From contig CM059431.1 in the NCBI GenBank assembly GCA_030390025.1, forward strand, positions 95,420,001 through 95,484,000: 64,000 nt of DNA, written 5' to 3'. The stretch is from Squalus acanthias. Its lineage: Eukaryota. Below the pieces are notes generated by a model. That model was not told the DNA's origin. It saw nothing but the letters and a program-made list of their open reading frames with translations, and searched no databases. The position numbers and the translations under genes were made by a program. This document shows positions 1 through 16,000 of the stretch, in pieces (the first letter of the stretch is position 1; the number at the start of each line of letters is the position of its first letter).

Positions 1-3000
1 TCACCAAAACTTCCTCGAACCAGTTCACCACAACTTCCTCTAACTGGTTCACCACAACTTCCTCTAACTGGTTCACCACAACATCCACTAACTAGTTCAC
101 CACAACATCCTCGAACTAGTTCACCACAACACCCTCTAACTGGTTCACCACAACTTCCTCTAACTGGTTCACCACAACACCCTCTAACTAGATCACCACA
201 ACATCCTCTAACTAGTTCACCACAACACCCTCTAACGAGTTCACCTCAACTTCCTCTAACTGGTTCACCACAACTTCCTCTAACTGGTTCACCACAACAT
301 CCTCTAACTGGTTCACCTCAACTTCTTCTAACTGGATCACCACAACACCCTCTAACTAGTTCACCACAACTTCCTCTAACTAGTTCAACACAACTTCCTC
401 CAACTGGTTCACCACAACTTCCTCTAACTGGTTCACCACAACTTCCTCGAAATGGTTCACCACAACTTCCTCTAAATGGTTCGCCACAACTTCCTCTAAC
501 TAGTTCACCACAGCATCCTCTAACTGGTTCACCAGAACATGCTCAAATTAGTTCACCACAACACCCTCTAACTAGTTCACCACAACACCCTCTAACTAGT
601 TCACCTCAACTTCCTCTAACTGGCTCACCACAACTTCCTCTAACTGGTTCACCACAAAATCCTCCAACTGGTTTAAAAGAACATCCTCTAACTAGTTCAC
701 CACAACATCCTCTAACTGATTCACCACAACATCTTCAAATTAGTTCACCACAACATCCTCTAACAAGTTCAGCACAACATCCTCTAACTAGTTCACCACA
801 ACACCCTCTAACTAGTTCACCACAACACCCTCTAACTAGTTCACCACAACTTCCTATAACTGGTTCACCACAATTTCCTCTAACTGGTTCACCACAACTT
901 CATCTAACTGGTTCACCACAACATCCTCTAACTGGTTCACCAAAACTTCCTCTAACTGGTTCACCACAACTTCCGCTAACTGGATCACCACAACTTCCCC
1001 TTACTGGTTCACTACAACTTCCTCTAACTGGTTCACCACAACTTCCTCTAACTGGTTCACCACAACTTCCGCTAACTGGATCACCACAACTTCCCCTTAC
1101 TGGTTCACTACAACTTCCTCTAACTGGTTCACCACAACTTCCTCTAACTGGTTCACCACAACTTCCGCTAACTGGATCACCACAACTTCCCCTTACTGGT
1201 TCACTACAACTTCCTCTAACTGGTTCACCACAAATCCCTCAAACTGTTTCACCTCAATATCCTCTAACTAGTTCACCACAAAAACCTCTGACTACTTCAC
1301 CACAACTTCCCTCAACTAATTCACCACAACTTCCTCTAACTGGTTCACCACAACTTCCTCTAACTGGTTCACCACAACTTCCTCTATCTGGATCACCACA
1401 ACTTCCCTCAACTAATTCACCACAACTTCCTCTAACTAGTTCACAACAACATCCTCTAACTAGTTCACCTCAACTTCATCTAACTGGTTCAACACAACAT
1501 CCTCTAACTAGTTCACCACAACATCCTTAAACTAGTTCACCACAACATCCTCTAACTAGTTCACCTCAACTTCCTCTAACTGGTTCACCACAACATCCTC
1601 TAACTAGTTCACCACAACATCCTCGAACTAGTTCACCACAACACCCTCTATCTCGTTCACCACAACTTCCTCTAACTGGTTCACCACAACACCCTCTAAC
1701 TAGATCACCACAACATCCTCTAACTAGTTCACCACAACACCCTCTAACGAGTTCACCTCAACTTCCTCTAACTGGTTCACCACCACTTCCTCTAACTGGT
1801 TCACCACAACATCCTCTAACTGGTTCACCTCAAATTCCTCTAACTGGATCACCACAACACCCTCTAACTAGTTCACCACAACTTCCTCTAACTAGTTCAA
1901 CACAACTTGCTCCAACTGGTTCACCACAACTTCCTCTAAATGGTTCACCACAACTTCCTCTAAATGGTTCGCCACAACATCCTCTAACTAGTTCACCACA
2001 ACATCCTCTAACTGGTTCACCAGAACATCCTCAAATTAGTTCACCACAACACCCTCTAACTAGTTCACCACAACACCCTCTAACTAGTTCACCACAACAC
2101 CCTCTAACTAGTTCACCACAACACCCTCTAACTAGTTCACCACAACTTCCTATAACTGGTTCACCACAATTTCCTCTAACTGGTTCACCACAACTTCATC
2201 TAACTGGTTCACCACAACATACTCTAACTGGTTCACCAAAACTTCCTCGAACCAGTTCACCACAACTTCCTCTAACTGGTTCACCACAACTTCCTCTAAC
2301 TGGTTCACCACAACTTCCGCTAACTGGATCACCACAACTTCCCCTTACTGGTTCACTACAACTTCCTCTAACTGGTTCACCACAAATCCCTCGAACTGGT
2401 TCACCTCAATATCCTCTAACTAGTTCACCACAACAACCTCTGACTACTTCACCACAACTTCCCTCAACTAATTCACCACAACTTCCTCTAACTAGTACAC
2501 CACAACTTCCTCTAACTAGTTCACCACAACTTCCTCTATCTGGATCACCACAACTTCCCTCAACTAATTCACCACAACTTCCTCTAACTAGTTCACAACA
2601 ACATCCTCTAACTAGTTCACCTCAACTTCATCTAACTGGTTCAACACAACATCCTCTAACTAGTTCACAACAACATCCTCTAACTAGTTCACCACAACAT
2701 CCTCTAACTGGTTCACCACAACATCCTCTAACTAGTTCACCTCAACTTCCTCTAACTGGTTCACCACAACATCATCTAACTAGTTCACCACAACATCCTC
2801 TAACTAGTTCACCACAACACCCTCTAACTGGTTCACCACAACACCCTCTAACTAGTTCACCACAACTTCCTCTAACTAGTTCACCACAACTTGCTCTATC
2901 TGGATCACCATAACTTCCCTCAACTAATTCACCACAACTTCCTCTAACTAGTTCACAACAACATCCTCCAACTAGTTCACCTCAACTTCATCTAACTGGT

Positions 3001-6000
3001 TCAACACAACATCCTCTAACTAGTTCACCACAACATCCTTAAACTAGTTCACCACAACATCCTCTAACTAGTTCACCTCAACTTCCTCTAACTGGTTCAC
3101 CACAACATCCACTAACTAGTTCACCACAACATCCTCAAACTAGTTCACCACAACACCCTCTAACTGGTTCACCACAACTTCCTCTAACTGGTTCACCACA
3201 ACTTCCACTAACTAGTTCACCACAACTTCCTCTAACTAGTTCAACACAACTTCCTCCAACTGGTTCACCACAACTTCCTCTAACTGGTTCACCACAACTT
3301 CCTCTAAATGGTTCACCACAACTTCCTCTAAATGGTTCATCACAACTTCCTCTAACTAGTTCACCACAACATCCTCTAACTGGTTCACCAGAACATCCAC
3401 AAATTAGTTCACCACAACACCCTCTAACTAGTTCATCACAACACCCTCTAACTAGTTCCCCTCAACTTCCTCTAACTGGCTCACCACAACTTGCTCTAAC
3501 TGGTTCACCACAAAATCCTCCAACTGGTTCAACAGAACATCCTCTAACTAGTTCACCACAACATCCTCTAACTGGTTCACCACAACATCTTCAAATTAGT
3601 TCACCACCACATCCTCTAACAAGTTCAGCACAACATCCTCTAACTAGTTCACCACAACACCCTCTAACTAGTTCACCACAACACCCTCTAACTAGTTCAC
3701 CACAACTTCCGATAACTGGTTCACCACAATTTCCTCTAACTGGTTCACCACAACTTCCTCTATCTGGATCACCACAACTTCCATCAACTAATTCACCACA
3801 ACTTCCTCTAACTAGTTCACAACAACATCCTCTAACTAGTTCACCACAACTTCCTCTATCTGGATCACCACAACTTCCATCAACTAATTCACCACAACTT
3901 CCTCTAACTAGTTCACAACAACATCCTCTAACTAGTTCACCTCAAATTCCTCTAACTGGTTCAACACAACATCCTCTAACTGGTTCACCACAACATCCTC
4001 AAACTAGTTCACCACAACATCCTCTAACTAGTTCACCTCAACTTCCTCTAACTGGTTCACCACAACATCCTCTAACTAGTTCACCACAACATCCTCTAAC
4101 TAGTTAACCACAACTCCCTCTAACTGGTTCACCACAACATCCTCTAACTGGTTCACCACAACTTCCTCTAACTGGTTCACCACAACTTCATCGAACTGGT
4201 TCACCACAACATCCTCTAACTGATTCACCACAACTTCCTCTAACTGATTCACCACAACTTCCTCTAACTGGTTCACCACAACTTCCTCGAACCAGTTCAC
4301 CACAACTTCCTCTAACTGGTTCACCACAACTTCCTCTAACTGGTTCACCACAACTTCCGCTAACTGGATCACCACAACTTCCCCTTACTGGTTCACTACA
4401 ACTTCCTCTAACTGGTTCACCACAAATCCCTCGAACTGGTTCACCTCAATATCCTCTAACTAGTTCACCACAACAACCTCTGACTACTTCACCACAACTT
4501 CCCTCAACTAATTCACCACAACTTCCTCTAACTAGTACACCACAACTTCCTCTAACTAGTTCACCACAACTTCCTCTATCTGGATCACCACAACTTCCCT
4601 CAACTAATTCACCACAACTTCCTCTAACTAGTTCACAACAACATCCTCTAACTAGTTCACCTCAAATTCCTCTAACTGGTTCAACACAACATCCTCTAAC
4701 TGGTTCACCACAACATCCTCAAACTAGTTCACCACAACATCCTCTAACTAGTTCACCTCAACTTCCTCTAACTGGTTCACCACAACAGCCTCTAACTAGT
4801 TCACCACAACATCCTCTAACTAGTTAACCACAACTCCCTCTAACTGGTTCACCACAACATCCTCTAACTGGTTCACCACAACTTCCTCTAACTGGTTCAC
4901 CACAACACCCTCTAACTGGTTCACCACAACATCCTCTAACTAGTTCACCACAACATCCTCTAACTAGTTAACCACAACACCCTCTAACTGGTTCACCACA
5001 ACATCCTCTAACTGGTTCACCACAACTTCCTCTAACTGGTTCACCACAACACCCTCTAACTGGTTCACCACAACTTCCTCTAACTGGTTCACCACAAAAC
5101 CCTCTAACTAGTTCACCACAACACCCTCTAACGAGTTCACCTCAACTTCCTCGAACTGGTTCACCACAACTTCCTCTAACTGGTTCACCACAACATCCTC
5201 TAACTGGTTCACCACAACATCCTCTAACTAGTTCACCACAACACCCTCTAACTAGTTCACCTCAACTTCCTCTAACTGGTTCACCACAACATCCTCTAAC
5301 TGGTTCACCTCAACTTCCTCTAACTGGATCACCACAACACCCTCTAACTGGTTCACCACAGCTTCCTCTAACTAGTTCAACACAACTTCCTCCAACTGGT
5401 TCACCAGAACTTCCTCTAACTGGTTCACCACAACTTCCTCCAACTGGTTCAACACAACATCCTCTAACTAGTTCACCACAACATCCTCCAACTGGTTCAC
5501 AAGAACATCCTCAAATTAGTTCACCACAACACCCTCTAACTAGTTCACCACAACACCCTCTAACTAGTTCACCACAACACCCTCTAACTAGTTCACCTCA
5601 ACTTCCTCTAACTGGCTCACCACAACTTCCTCTAACTGGTTCACCACAAAATCCTCCAACTGGTTCAACACAACATCCTCTAACTAGTTCACCACAACAT
5701 CCTCTAACTGGTTCACCACAACATCCTCAAATTTGTTCACCTCAACAGCCTCTAACTAGTTCAGCAAAACATCCTCTAACTAGTTCACCACAACACCCTC
5801 TAACTAGTTCACCACAACACCCTCTAACTAGTTCACCACAACTTCCTATAACTGGTTCACCACAACTTCCTCTAACTAGTTCACCACAACACCCTCTAAC
5901 TGGTTCACCACAACTTCCTCTAACTGGTTCACCTCAATATCCTCTAACTGGTTCACCACAACTTCCTCTAACTGGTTCACCTCAATATCCTCCAACTAGT

Positions 6001-9000
6001 TCACCACAACATCCTCTAACTAGTTCACCACAACTTCCTCTCACTGGTTCGCCACAACTTCCCTCAACTAATTCACCACAGCTTCCTCTAACTAGTACAC
6101 CACAACTTCCCCTAAGTCGTTCACCACAACTTCCTATAACTGGATCACCACAACTTCCTCTAACTGGTTCACCACAACACCCTCTAACTAGTTCACCTCA
6201 ACTTCCCCTAACTTGTTCACCACAACTTCCTATAACTGGTTCACCACAACGTCCTCTAACTAGTTCACCACAACACCCTCTAACTAGTTCACCACAACAC
6301 CCTCTAACTAGTTCACCTCACCTTCCTCTAACTGGTTCACCACAACTTCCTCTAACTGGTTCACCACAACACCCTCTAACTAGTTCACCACAACACCCTC
6401 TAACTAGTTCACCACAACTTCCTCTAACTAGTTCACCTCAACTTCCTATAACGGGTTCAACACAACTTCCTCCACCTGGTTCACCACAACTTCCACTGAC
6501 TGGCTCACCACAACCTCTTCAAACTAGTTCAACACAACCTCCTCTAACTAGTTCACCACAACTTCCTCTAACTAGTTCACCACAACATCCTCTAACTGGT
6601 TCAACACAACATCCTAATAACTAGTTCACCACAACTTTCACTAACTGGTTCACCACAACTTTGTCTAACTAGTTCACCACAACATCCTCTAACTGGTTCA
6701 CCACAACTTCCTCTAAATACTTCACCACAACTTCCTCTAACTAGTTCACCACAACTTCCCCTAACTAGTTCACCACAAGTTCCTCTAACTGGTTCAATGC
6801 AACATCCACTAACTGGTACACCACAACTGCCTCTAACTAGTTCACCACAACTTCCTCTAACTAGTTCACCACAACTTCCTCTAACTGTTTCAACACAACA
6901 TCCTCTAACTTGTTCACCAGAACTTCCCCTAACTGGTTCACCACAACATCCTCTAACTGGTTCACCACAACATCCTCTAACTGGTTCACCACAACTTCCT
7001 CTAACTGGTTCAACACAACATCCTCTAACTAGTTCACCACAACATCCTCTAACTGGTTCACCACAACTTCCTCTAACTAGTTCACCACAACATCCTCTAA
7101 CTAGTTCACCACAACATCCTCTAACTAGTTCACCACAACTTCCTCTAACTAGTTCACCACAACATCCTCTAACTGGTTCACCACAACATCCTCTAACTGG
7201 TTCACCACAACATCCTCTAACTAGTTCACCACAACTTCCTCTAACTGGTTCACCACAACTTCCTCTAACTAGTTTACCACAACTTCCTCTAACTGGTTCA
7301 CCACAACTTCCTCTAACTAGTTCACCTCAATATCCTCTAACTAGTTCACCACAACATCCTCTAACTAGTTCACCTCAATATCCTCTAACTAGTTCACCAC
7401 AACTTTCTCTAAATAGTTCACCACAACTTCCTATAACTGGATCACCACAACACACTATAACTAGTTCACCACAACTTCCTCTAACTGGTTCACCACAACT
7501 TCCTCTAACTGGTTCACCACAACATCTTCTATCTGGTTCACCACAACTTCCTCTAACTGGTTCACCACAACACCCTCTAACTAATTCACCTCAACTTCCT
7601 CTAACCACTTCACCACAACTTCCTATAACTGGTTCACCACAACGTCCTCTAACTAGTTCACCACAACACCCTCTAACTAGTTCACATCAACTTCCTCTAA
7701 CTGGTTCACCACAACTTCCTCTAACAGTTTCACCACAACACCCTTTAACTAGTTCACCACAACACCCTCTAACTAGTTCACCACAACTTTCTCTAAATAG
7801 TTCACCACAACTTCCTCTAACTGGTTCACCACAACTTCCTCTAACTGGTTCACCACAACTTCCTCTAACTGGTGCAACACACCTTCATCTAACTAGTTCA
7901 CCACGACTTCCCCTAACTGGTTCAGCACAACTTCCTCTAACTGGTTCACCACACCTTCCTCTAACTTGATCACCTCAATATCCTCTAACTAGTTCACCAC
8001 AACAACCTCTGACTACTTCACCACAACTTCTCTCAAATTATTCACCACAACTTCCTCTAACTAGTTCACCACAACTTCCTCTAACGAGTTCACCACAACG
8101 TCCTCTAACTGGATCACCACAACTTCCTCTAACTGGTTCAACAGAACTTCCTCTAACTGGTTCACCACAAATTTCTCTAACGGCTTCACAACAACATCCT
8201 CTAACTAGTTCACCTCAACTTCCTCTAACTTGTTCACCACAACATCCTGTAACTAGTTCACCACAACATTCTCTAACTAGTTTACCACAACACCCTCTAA
8301 CTAGTTCACCTCAACTTCCTCTAACTGGTTCACCACAACTTCCTCTAACTGGTTCACCACAACACCCTCTAACTGGTTCACCACAACACCTTCTAACTAG
8401 TTCAACACAACTTCCTCTAACTAGTTCACCACAACTTCGTATAACTGTTTCAACACAACTTCCTCCAACTGGTTCACCACAACTTCCACTGACTGGCTCA
8501 CCACAAATTCTTCAAACTAGTTCAACACAACTTCCTCTAACTAGTTCACCACAACTTCCTCTAACTGGTTCAACACAACTTACTCCAACTAGTTCACCAC
8601 AACTTCCTCTAACTGGTTCAACACAACATCCTCTAACTAATTCACCACATCCTCCACTAACTAGTTCAACACAACTTCATCTAACTAGTTCATCACAACT
8701 TCCTCTAACTGGTTCAACACAACATCCTCTAACTAGTTCAACACAACTTCCTCTAACTAGTTCACCACAACTTCCTCTAACTGGTTCAACACAACTTCCT
8801 CTAACTAGTTCACCACAACTTCCACTAACTGGTTCACCACAACAACATCTAACTAGTTCACCACGACTTCCCCCAACTGGTTCAGCACAACTTCCTCTAA
8901 CTGGTTCACCACACCTTCCTCTAACTGGTTCACCTCAATATCCTCTAACTAGTTCACCACAACAACCTCTGACTACTTCACCACAACTTCTCTCAAATAA

Positions 9001-10095
9001 TTCACCACAACTTCCTCTTACTAGTTCACCACAACTTCCTCTAACTAGTTCACCACAACTTTCTCTAACTGGATCACCACACATTCCTCCAACTGGTTCA
9101 CCACAACTTCGTCTAACTGGTTCACCACAAATTCCTCTAACGGCTTCACAACAACATCCTCTAACTAGTTCACCTCAACTTCCTCTAACTGGTTCACCAC
9201 AACAACCTCTAACTAGTTCACCACAACATCCTCTAACCAGTTCACCTCAACTTCCACTAAATGGTTCACCACAACATCCTCTAACTAGTTCACCACAACA
9301 ACCTCTAACTAGTTCACCACAACACCCTCTAACTAGTTCACCTCAACTTCCTCTAACTGGTTCACCACAACTTCCTCTAACTGGTTCACCACAACACCCT
9401 CTAACTGGTTCACCACAACACCTTCTAACTAGTTCAACACAACTTCCTCTAACTGGTTCACCACAACTTCGTATAACTGGTTCAACACAACTTCCTCCAA
9501 CTGGTTCACCACAACTTCCACTGACTGGCTCACCACAACTTCTTCAAACTAGTTCAACACAACTTCCTCTAACTAGTTCACCACAACTTCCTCTAACTGG
9601 TTCAACACAACTTCCTCCAACTAGTTCACCACAACTTCCTCTAACTGGTTCAACACAACATCCTCTAACTAATTCACCACATCTTCCACTAACTAGTTCA
9701 ACACAACTTCATCTAACTAGTTCACCACAACTTCCTCTAACTGGTTCAACACAACATCCTCTAACTAGTTCAACACAACTTCCTCTTACTAGTTCACCAC
9801 AACTTCCTCTAACTGGTTCAACACAACATCCTCTAACTAGTTCACCAGAACTTCCACTAACTGGTTCACCACAACAACCTCTAACTAGTTCACCACAACT
9901 TTCTCTAACTAGTTCACCACAACTTCCTGTAACTAGTTCACCACAACTTCCTCTAACAGGTTCACAACAACACCCGCTAACTAGTTCACCACAACTTCCC
10001 CTAACTAGTCCACCAGAACTTCCTCTAACTCGTTCACCACAACTTCCTCTAACTGGTTCAACACAACTTCCCTGAACTGGTTCACCACAAGTTCC

Positions 10096-13000
10096 TCTAA
10101 CTGGTTCACCACAACATCCTCTAACTAGTTCAACACAAATTCCACTAACTAGTTCACCACAAGATCCTCTAACTGGTTCACCACAAGTTCCCCTAACTGG
10201 ATCAACACAACTTCCCCGAACTAATTCACCAGATCTTCCCCTAACTGGTTCACCACAACAACCTCTAATTGCCTCACCACCACACCCTCTAGCTAGTTCA
10301 CCACAACACCCTCTAACTAGTTCACCACTACTTCCTCTAACTAGTTCACCATAACATCCTCTAAATGGTTCACCACAACTTCCCCGAACTGGTTCATCAC
10401 AACAACCTCTAATTGGTTCACCACAACACCCTCTAGCTAGTTCACCACAACATCCTCTAACTAGTTCACCAACAACTTCCACTAACTGGTTCACCACAAC
10501 AACCTCTAACTGGTTCAGCACAACTTCCTCTAACTAGTTTAGCACAACATCCTCTAACTGGTTCACCACAACTTCCTCTAACTAGTTCACCACAACATCC
10601 TCTAACTGGTTCACCACAACTTCCTCTAACTAGTTCACCACAACATCCTCTACATGTTTCACCACAACTTCACCTAACTGGTTCACCACAACATCCTCTA
10701 ACTGGTTCACCACAACTTCCTCTATCTGGTTCACCACAACTTCCACTAACTGGTTCACCACAACTTCCACTAACTGGTTCATCACAACTTCTTCTAACTA
10801 GTTCACCACAACTTCCTCTAACTAGTTCACCAAAACATTCGTCTAACTGCTTCAACACAATTTCCTCTAACTAGTTAACCACAATAGCCTCTAACTAGTT
10901 CACCACAACACCTTCTAACTGGTTCAACAAACATCCTCTAACTTGTTCACATCAACACCTACTAACTAGTTCACCACAACATCCTCTAACTGGTTCACCA
11001 CAACATCCTCTAACTGGTTCACCACAACACCCTCTGACTAGTTCACCACAACTTCCTCTAAATTGTACACCACAACTTCCTCTAAATGGTTCACCACAAC
11101 ACCCTCTAACTAGTTCAGCACAACTTCCTCTAACTACTTCACCACAACTTCCTCTAAGTGGTTCACCACAACTTCCTCTAACTGGTTCACCACAACATCC
11201 TCTAACTAGTTCACCACAACTTCCTCTAACTGGTTCACCACAACTTCCTGTAACTGATTCACCACAACACCCTCTAACTAGTTCACCACAACTTCCTGTA
11301 ACAAGTTCACCACAACTTCCTCTAACTGGTTCACCACAACATCCTCTAACTAGTTCACCAAAACTTCCTCTAACTAGTTCACCACAACATCCTCGAACTG
11401 GTTCACCACAACTTCCTGTAATTAGTTCACCACAACATCCTCTAACTAGTTCACCACAACTTCCTCTAACTGGTTCACCACAACATCCTCTAACTGGTTC
11501 ACTACAAATTCCTGTAACTAGTTCACCACAACACCCTCTAACTAGTTCACCACAACTTCCCCTAACTAGTTCACCACACCTTTGTTTAACTGGTTCACCA
11601 CAACACCCTCTAACTAGTTCACTACAACTTCCTCTAACTGGTTCACCACAACACCCTCTAACGGGTTCACCACAACATCCTCTAACTGGTTCATCACAAC
11701 ACACTCTAACTAGTTAACCACGACTTCCCCTAACTAGTTCATCACGACTTCCTCTAACTGGTACACCACAACTTCCTCTAAATGGTTCACCACAACACCC
11801 TCTAACTAGTTCAACACAACTTCCTCTAACTAGTTCACCACAACTTCCTTTAACTGGTTCACCACAACTTCCTCTCACTGGTTCACCACAACATCCTCTA
11901 ACTAGTTCACCACAACTTCCTCTAACTGGTTCAGCACAACTTCCTGTAACTGATTCACCACAACACCCTCTAACTAGTTCACCACAACTTCCTGTAACTA
12001 GTTCAGCACAACAACCTCTAACTGGTTCACCACAACATCCTCTAACTAGTTGAACAAAACTTCCTCTAACTAGTTCACCACAACTTCCTATAACTGGATC
12101 ACCACAACACACTATAACTAGTTCACCACAACTTCCTCTAAGTGGTTCACCACAACTTCCTCTAACTGGTTCACCACAACATCTTCTATCTGGTTCACCA
12201 CAACTTCCTCTAACTGGTTCACCACAACACCCTCTAACTAATTCACCTCAACTTCCTCTAACCACTTCACCACAACTTCCTATAACTGGTTCACCACAAC
12301 GTCCTCTAACTAGTTCACCACAACACCCTCTAACTAGTTCACATCAACTTCCTCTAACTGGTTCACCACAACTTCCCCTAACAGTTTCACCACAACACCC
12401 TTTAACTAGTTCACCACAACACCCTCTAACTAGTTCACCACAACTTTCTCTAAATAGTTCACCACAACTTCCTCTAACTGGTTCACCACAACTTCCTCTA
12501 ACTGGTTCACCACAACTTCCTCTAACTGGTGCAACACACCTTCATCTAACTAGTTCACCATGACTTCCCCTAACTGGTTCAGCACAACTTCCTCTAACTG
12601 GTTCACCACACCTTCCTCTCACTTGTTCACCTCAATATCCTCTAACTAGTTCACCACAACAAACTCTGACGACTTCACCACAACTTCTCTCAAATAATTC
12701 ACCACAACTTCCTCTAACTAGTTCACCACAACTTCCTCTAACGAGTTCACCACACCGTCCTCTAACTGGATCACCACACCTTCCTCTAACTGGTTCAACA
12801 GAACTTCCTCTAACTGGTTCACCACAAATTTCTCTAACGGCTTCACAACAACATCCTCTAACTAGTTCACCTCAACTTCCTCTAACTTGTTCACCACAAC
12901 ATCCTCTAACTAGTTCACCACAACATCCTCTAACTAGTTTACCACAACATCCTCTAACTAGTTCACCTCAACTTCCTCTAACTGGTTCACAACAACATCC

Positions 13001-16000
13001 TCAAACTAGTTCACCACAACAACGTCTAACTAGTTCACCACAACACCCTCTAACTAGTTCACCTCAACTTCCTCTAACTGGTTCACCACAACTTCCTCTA
13101 ACTGGTTCACCACAACACACTCTAACTGGTTCACCACAACACCTTCTAACTAGTTCAACACAACTTCCTCTAACTAGTTCACCACAACTTCGTATAACTG
13201 TTTCAACACAACTTCCTCCAACTGGTTCACCACAACTTCCACTGACTGGCTCACCACAAATTCTTCAAACTAGTTCAACACAACTTCCTCTAACTAGTTC
13301 ACCACAACTTCCTCTAACTGGTTCAACACAACTTACTCCAACTAGTTCACCACAACTTCCTCTAACTGGTTCAACACAACATCCTCTAACTAATTCACCA
13401 CATCCTCCACTAACTAGTTCACTACAACTTCCTCTAACTGGTTCACCACAACACCCTCTAACGGGTTCACCACAACATCCTCTAACTGGTTCATCACAAC
13501 ACACTCTAACTAGTTAACCACGACTTCCCCTAACTAGTTCACCACGACTTCCTCTAACTGGTACACCACAACTTCCTCTATATGGTTCACCACAACACCC
13601 TCTAACTAGTTCAACACAACTTCCTCTAACTAGTTCACCACAACTTCCTTTAACTGGTTCACCACAACTTCCTCTCACTGGTTCACCACAACATCCTCTA
13701 ACTAGTTCACCACAACTTCCTCTAACTGGTTCAGCACAACTTCCTGTAACTGATTCACCACAACACCCTCTAACTAGTTCACCACAACTTCCTGTAACTA
13801 GTTCAGCACAACAACCTCTAACTGGTTCACCACAACATCCTCTAACTAGTTGAACAAAACTTCCTCTAACTAGTTCACCACAACTTCCTATAACTGGATC
13901 ACCACAACACACTATAACTAGTTCACCACAACACCCTCTAACTAGTTCACCACAACTTTCTCTAAATAGTTCACCACAACTTCCTCTAACTGGTTCACCA
14001 CAACTTCCTCTAACTGGTTCACCACAACTTCCTCTAACTGGTGCAACACACCTTCATCTAACTAGTTCACCATGACTTCCCCTAACTGGTTCAGCACAAC
14101 TTCCTCTAACTGGTTCACCACACCTTCCTCTAACTTGTTCACCTCAATATCCTCTAACTAGTTCACCACAACAACCTCTGACGACTTCACCACAACTTCT
14201 CTCAAATAATTCACCACAACTTCCTCTAACTAGTTCACCACAACTTCCTCTAACGAGTTCACCACAACGTCCTCTAACTGGATCACCACACCTTCCTCTA
14301 ACTGGTTCAACAGAACTTCCTCTAACTGGTTCACCACAAATTTCTCTAACGGCTTCACAACAACATCCTCTAACTAGTTCACCTCAACTTCCTCTAACTT
14401 GTTCACCACAACATCCTCTAACTAGTTCACCACAACATCCTCTAACTAGTTTACCACAACATCCTCCAACTAGTTCACCTCAACTTCCTCTAACTGGTTC
14501 ACCACAACATCCTCAAACTAGTTCACCACAACAACGTCTAACTAGTTCACCACAACACCCTCTAACTAGTTCACCTCAACTTCCTCTAACTGGTTCACCA
14601 CAACTTCCTCTAACTGGTTCACCACAACACCCTCTAACTGGTTCACCACAACACCTTCTAACTAGTTCAACACAACTTCCTCTAACTAGTTCACCACAAC
14701 TTCGTATAACTGTTTCAACACAACTTCCTCCAACTCGTTCACCACAACTTCCACTGACTGGCTCACCACAAATTCTTCAAACTAGTTCAACACAACTTCC
14801 TCTAACTAGTTCACCACAACTTCCTCTAACTGGTTCAACACAACTTACTCCAACTAGTTCACCACAACTTCCTCTAACTGGTTCAACACAACATCCTCTA
14901 ACTAATTCACCACATCCTCCACTAACTAGTTCAACACAACTTCATCTAACTAGTTCACCACAACTTCCTCTAACTGGTTCAACACAACTTACTCCAACTA
15001 GTTCACCACAACTTCCTCTAACTGGTTCAACACAACATCCTCTAACTAATTCACCACATCCTCCACTAACTAGTTCAACACAACTTCATCTAACTAGTTC
15101 ACCACAACTTCCTCTAACTGGTTCAACACAACATCCTCTAACTAGTTCAACACAACTTCCTCTAACTAGTTCACCACAACTTCCTCTAACTGGTTCAACA
15201 CAACATCCTCTAACTAGTTCATCACAACTTCCACTAACTGGTTCACCACAACAACATCTAACTAGTTCACCACGACTTCCCCTAACTGGTTCAGCACAAC
15301 TTCCTCTAACTGGTTCACCACACCTTCCTCTAACTGGTTCACCTCAATATCCTCTAACTAGTTCACCACAACAACCTCTGACTACTTCACCACAACTTCT
15401 CTCAAATAATTCACCACAACTTCCTCCAACTAGTTCACCACAACTTCCTCTAACTAGTTCACCACAACTTCCTCTAACTGGATCACCACACATTCCTCCA
15501 ACTGGTTCACCACAACTTCGTCTAACTGGTTCACCACAAATTCCTCTAACGGCTTCACAACAACATCCTCTAACTAGTTCACCTCAACTTCCTCTAACTG
15601 GTTCACCACAACAACCTCTAACTAGTTCACCACAACATCCTCTAACCAGTTCACCTCAACTTCCACTAAATGGTTCACCACAACATCCTCTAACTAGTTC
15701 ACCACAACAACCTCTAACTAGTTCACCACAACACCCTCTAACTAGTTCACCTCAGCTTCCTCTAACTGGTTCACCACAACTTCCTCTAACTGGTTCACCA
15801 CAACACCCTCTAACTAGTTGAACAAAACTTCCTCTAACTAGTTCACCACAACTTCCTATAACTGGATCACCACAACACACTATAACTAGTTCACCACAAC
15901 TTCCTCTAAGTGGTTCACCACAACTTCCTCTAACTGGTTCACCACAACATCTTCTATCTGGTTCACCACAACTTCCTCTAACTGGTTCACCACAACACCC

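Noticed and set aside
2150..4375. NQLEEVVV repeat proteins
   Set aside because: Open only across runs of G-type monomers; every A-type monomer gives TAG
6797..7969. 390-aa mucin-like CDS (also 41996-42628)
   Set aside because: ATG arises from a variant monomer mid-array; no signal peptide or unique domain; kept only as an origin hypothesis
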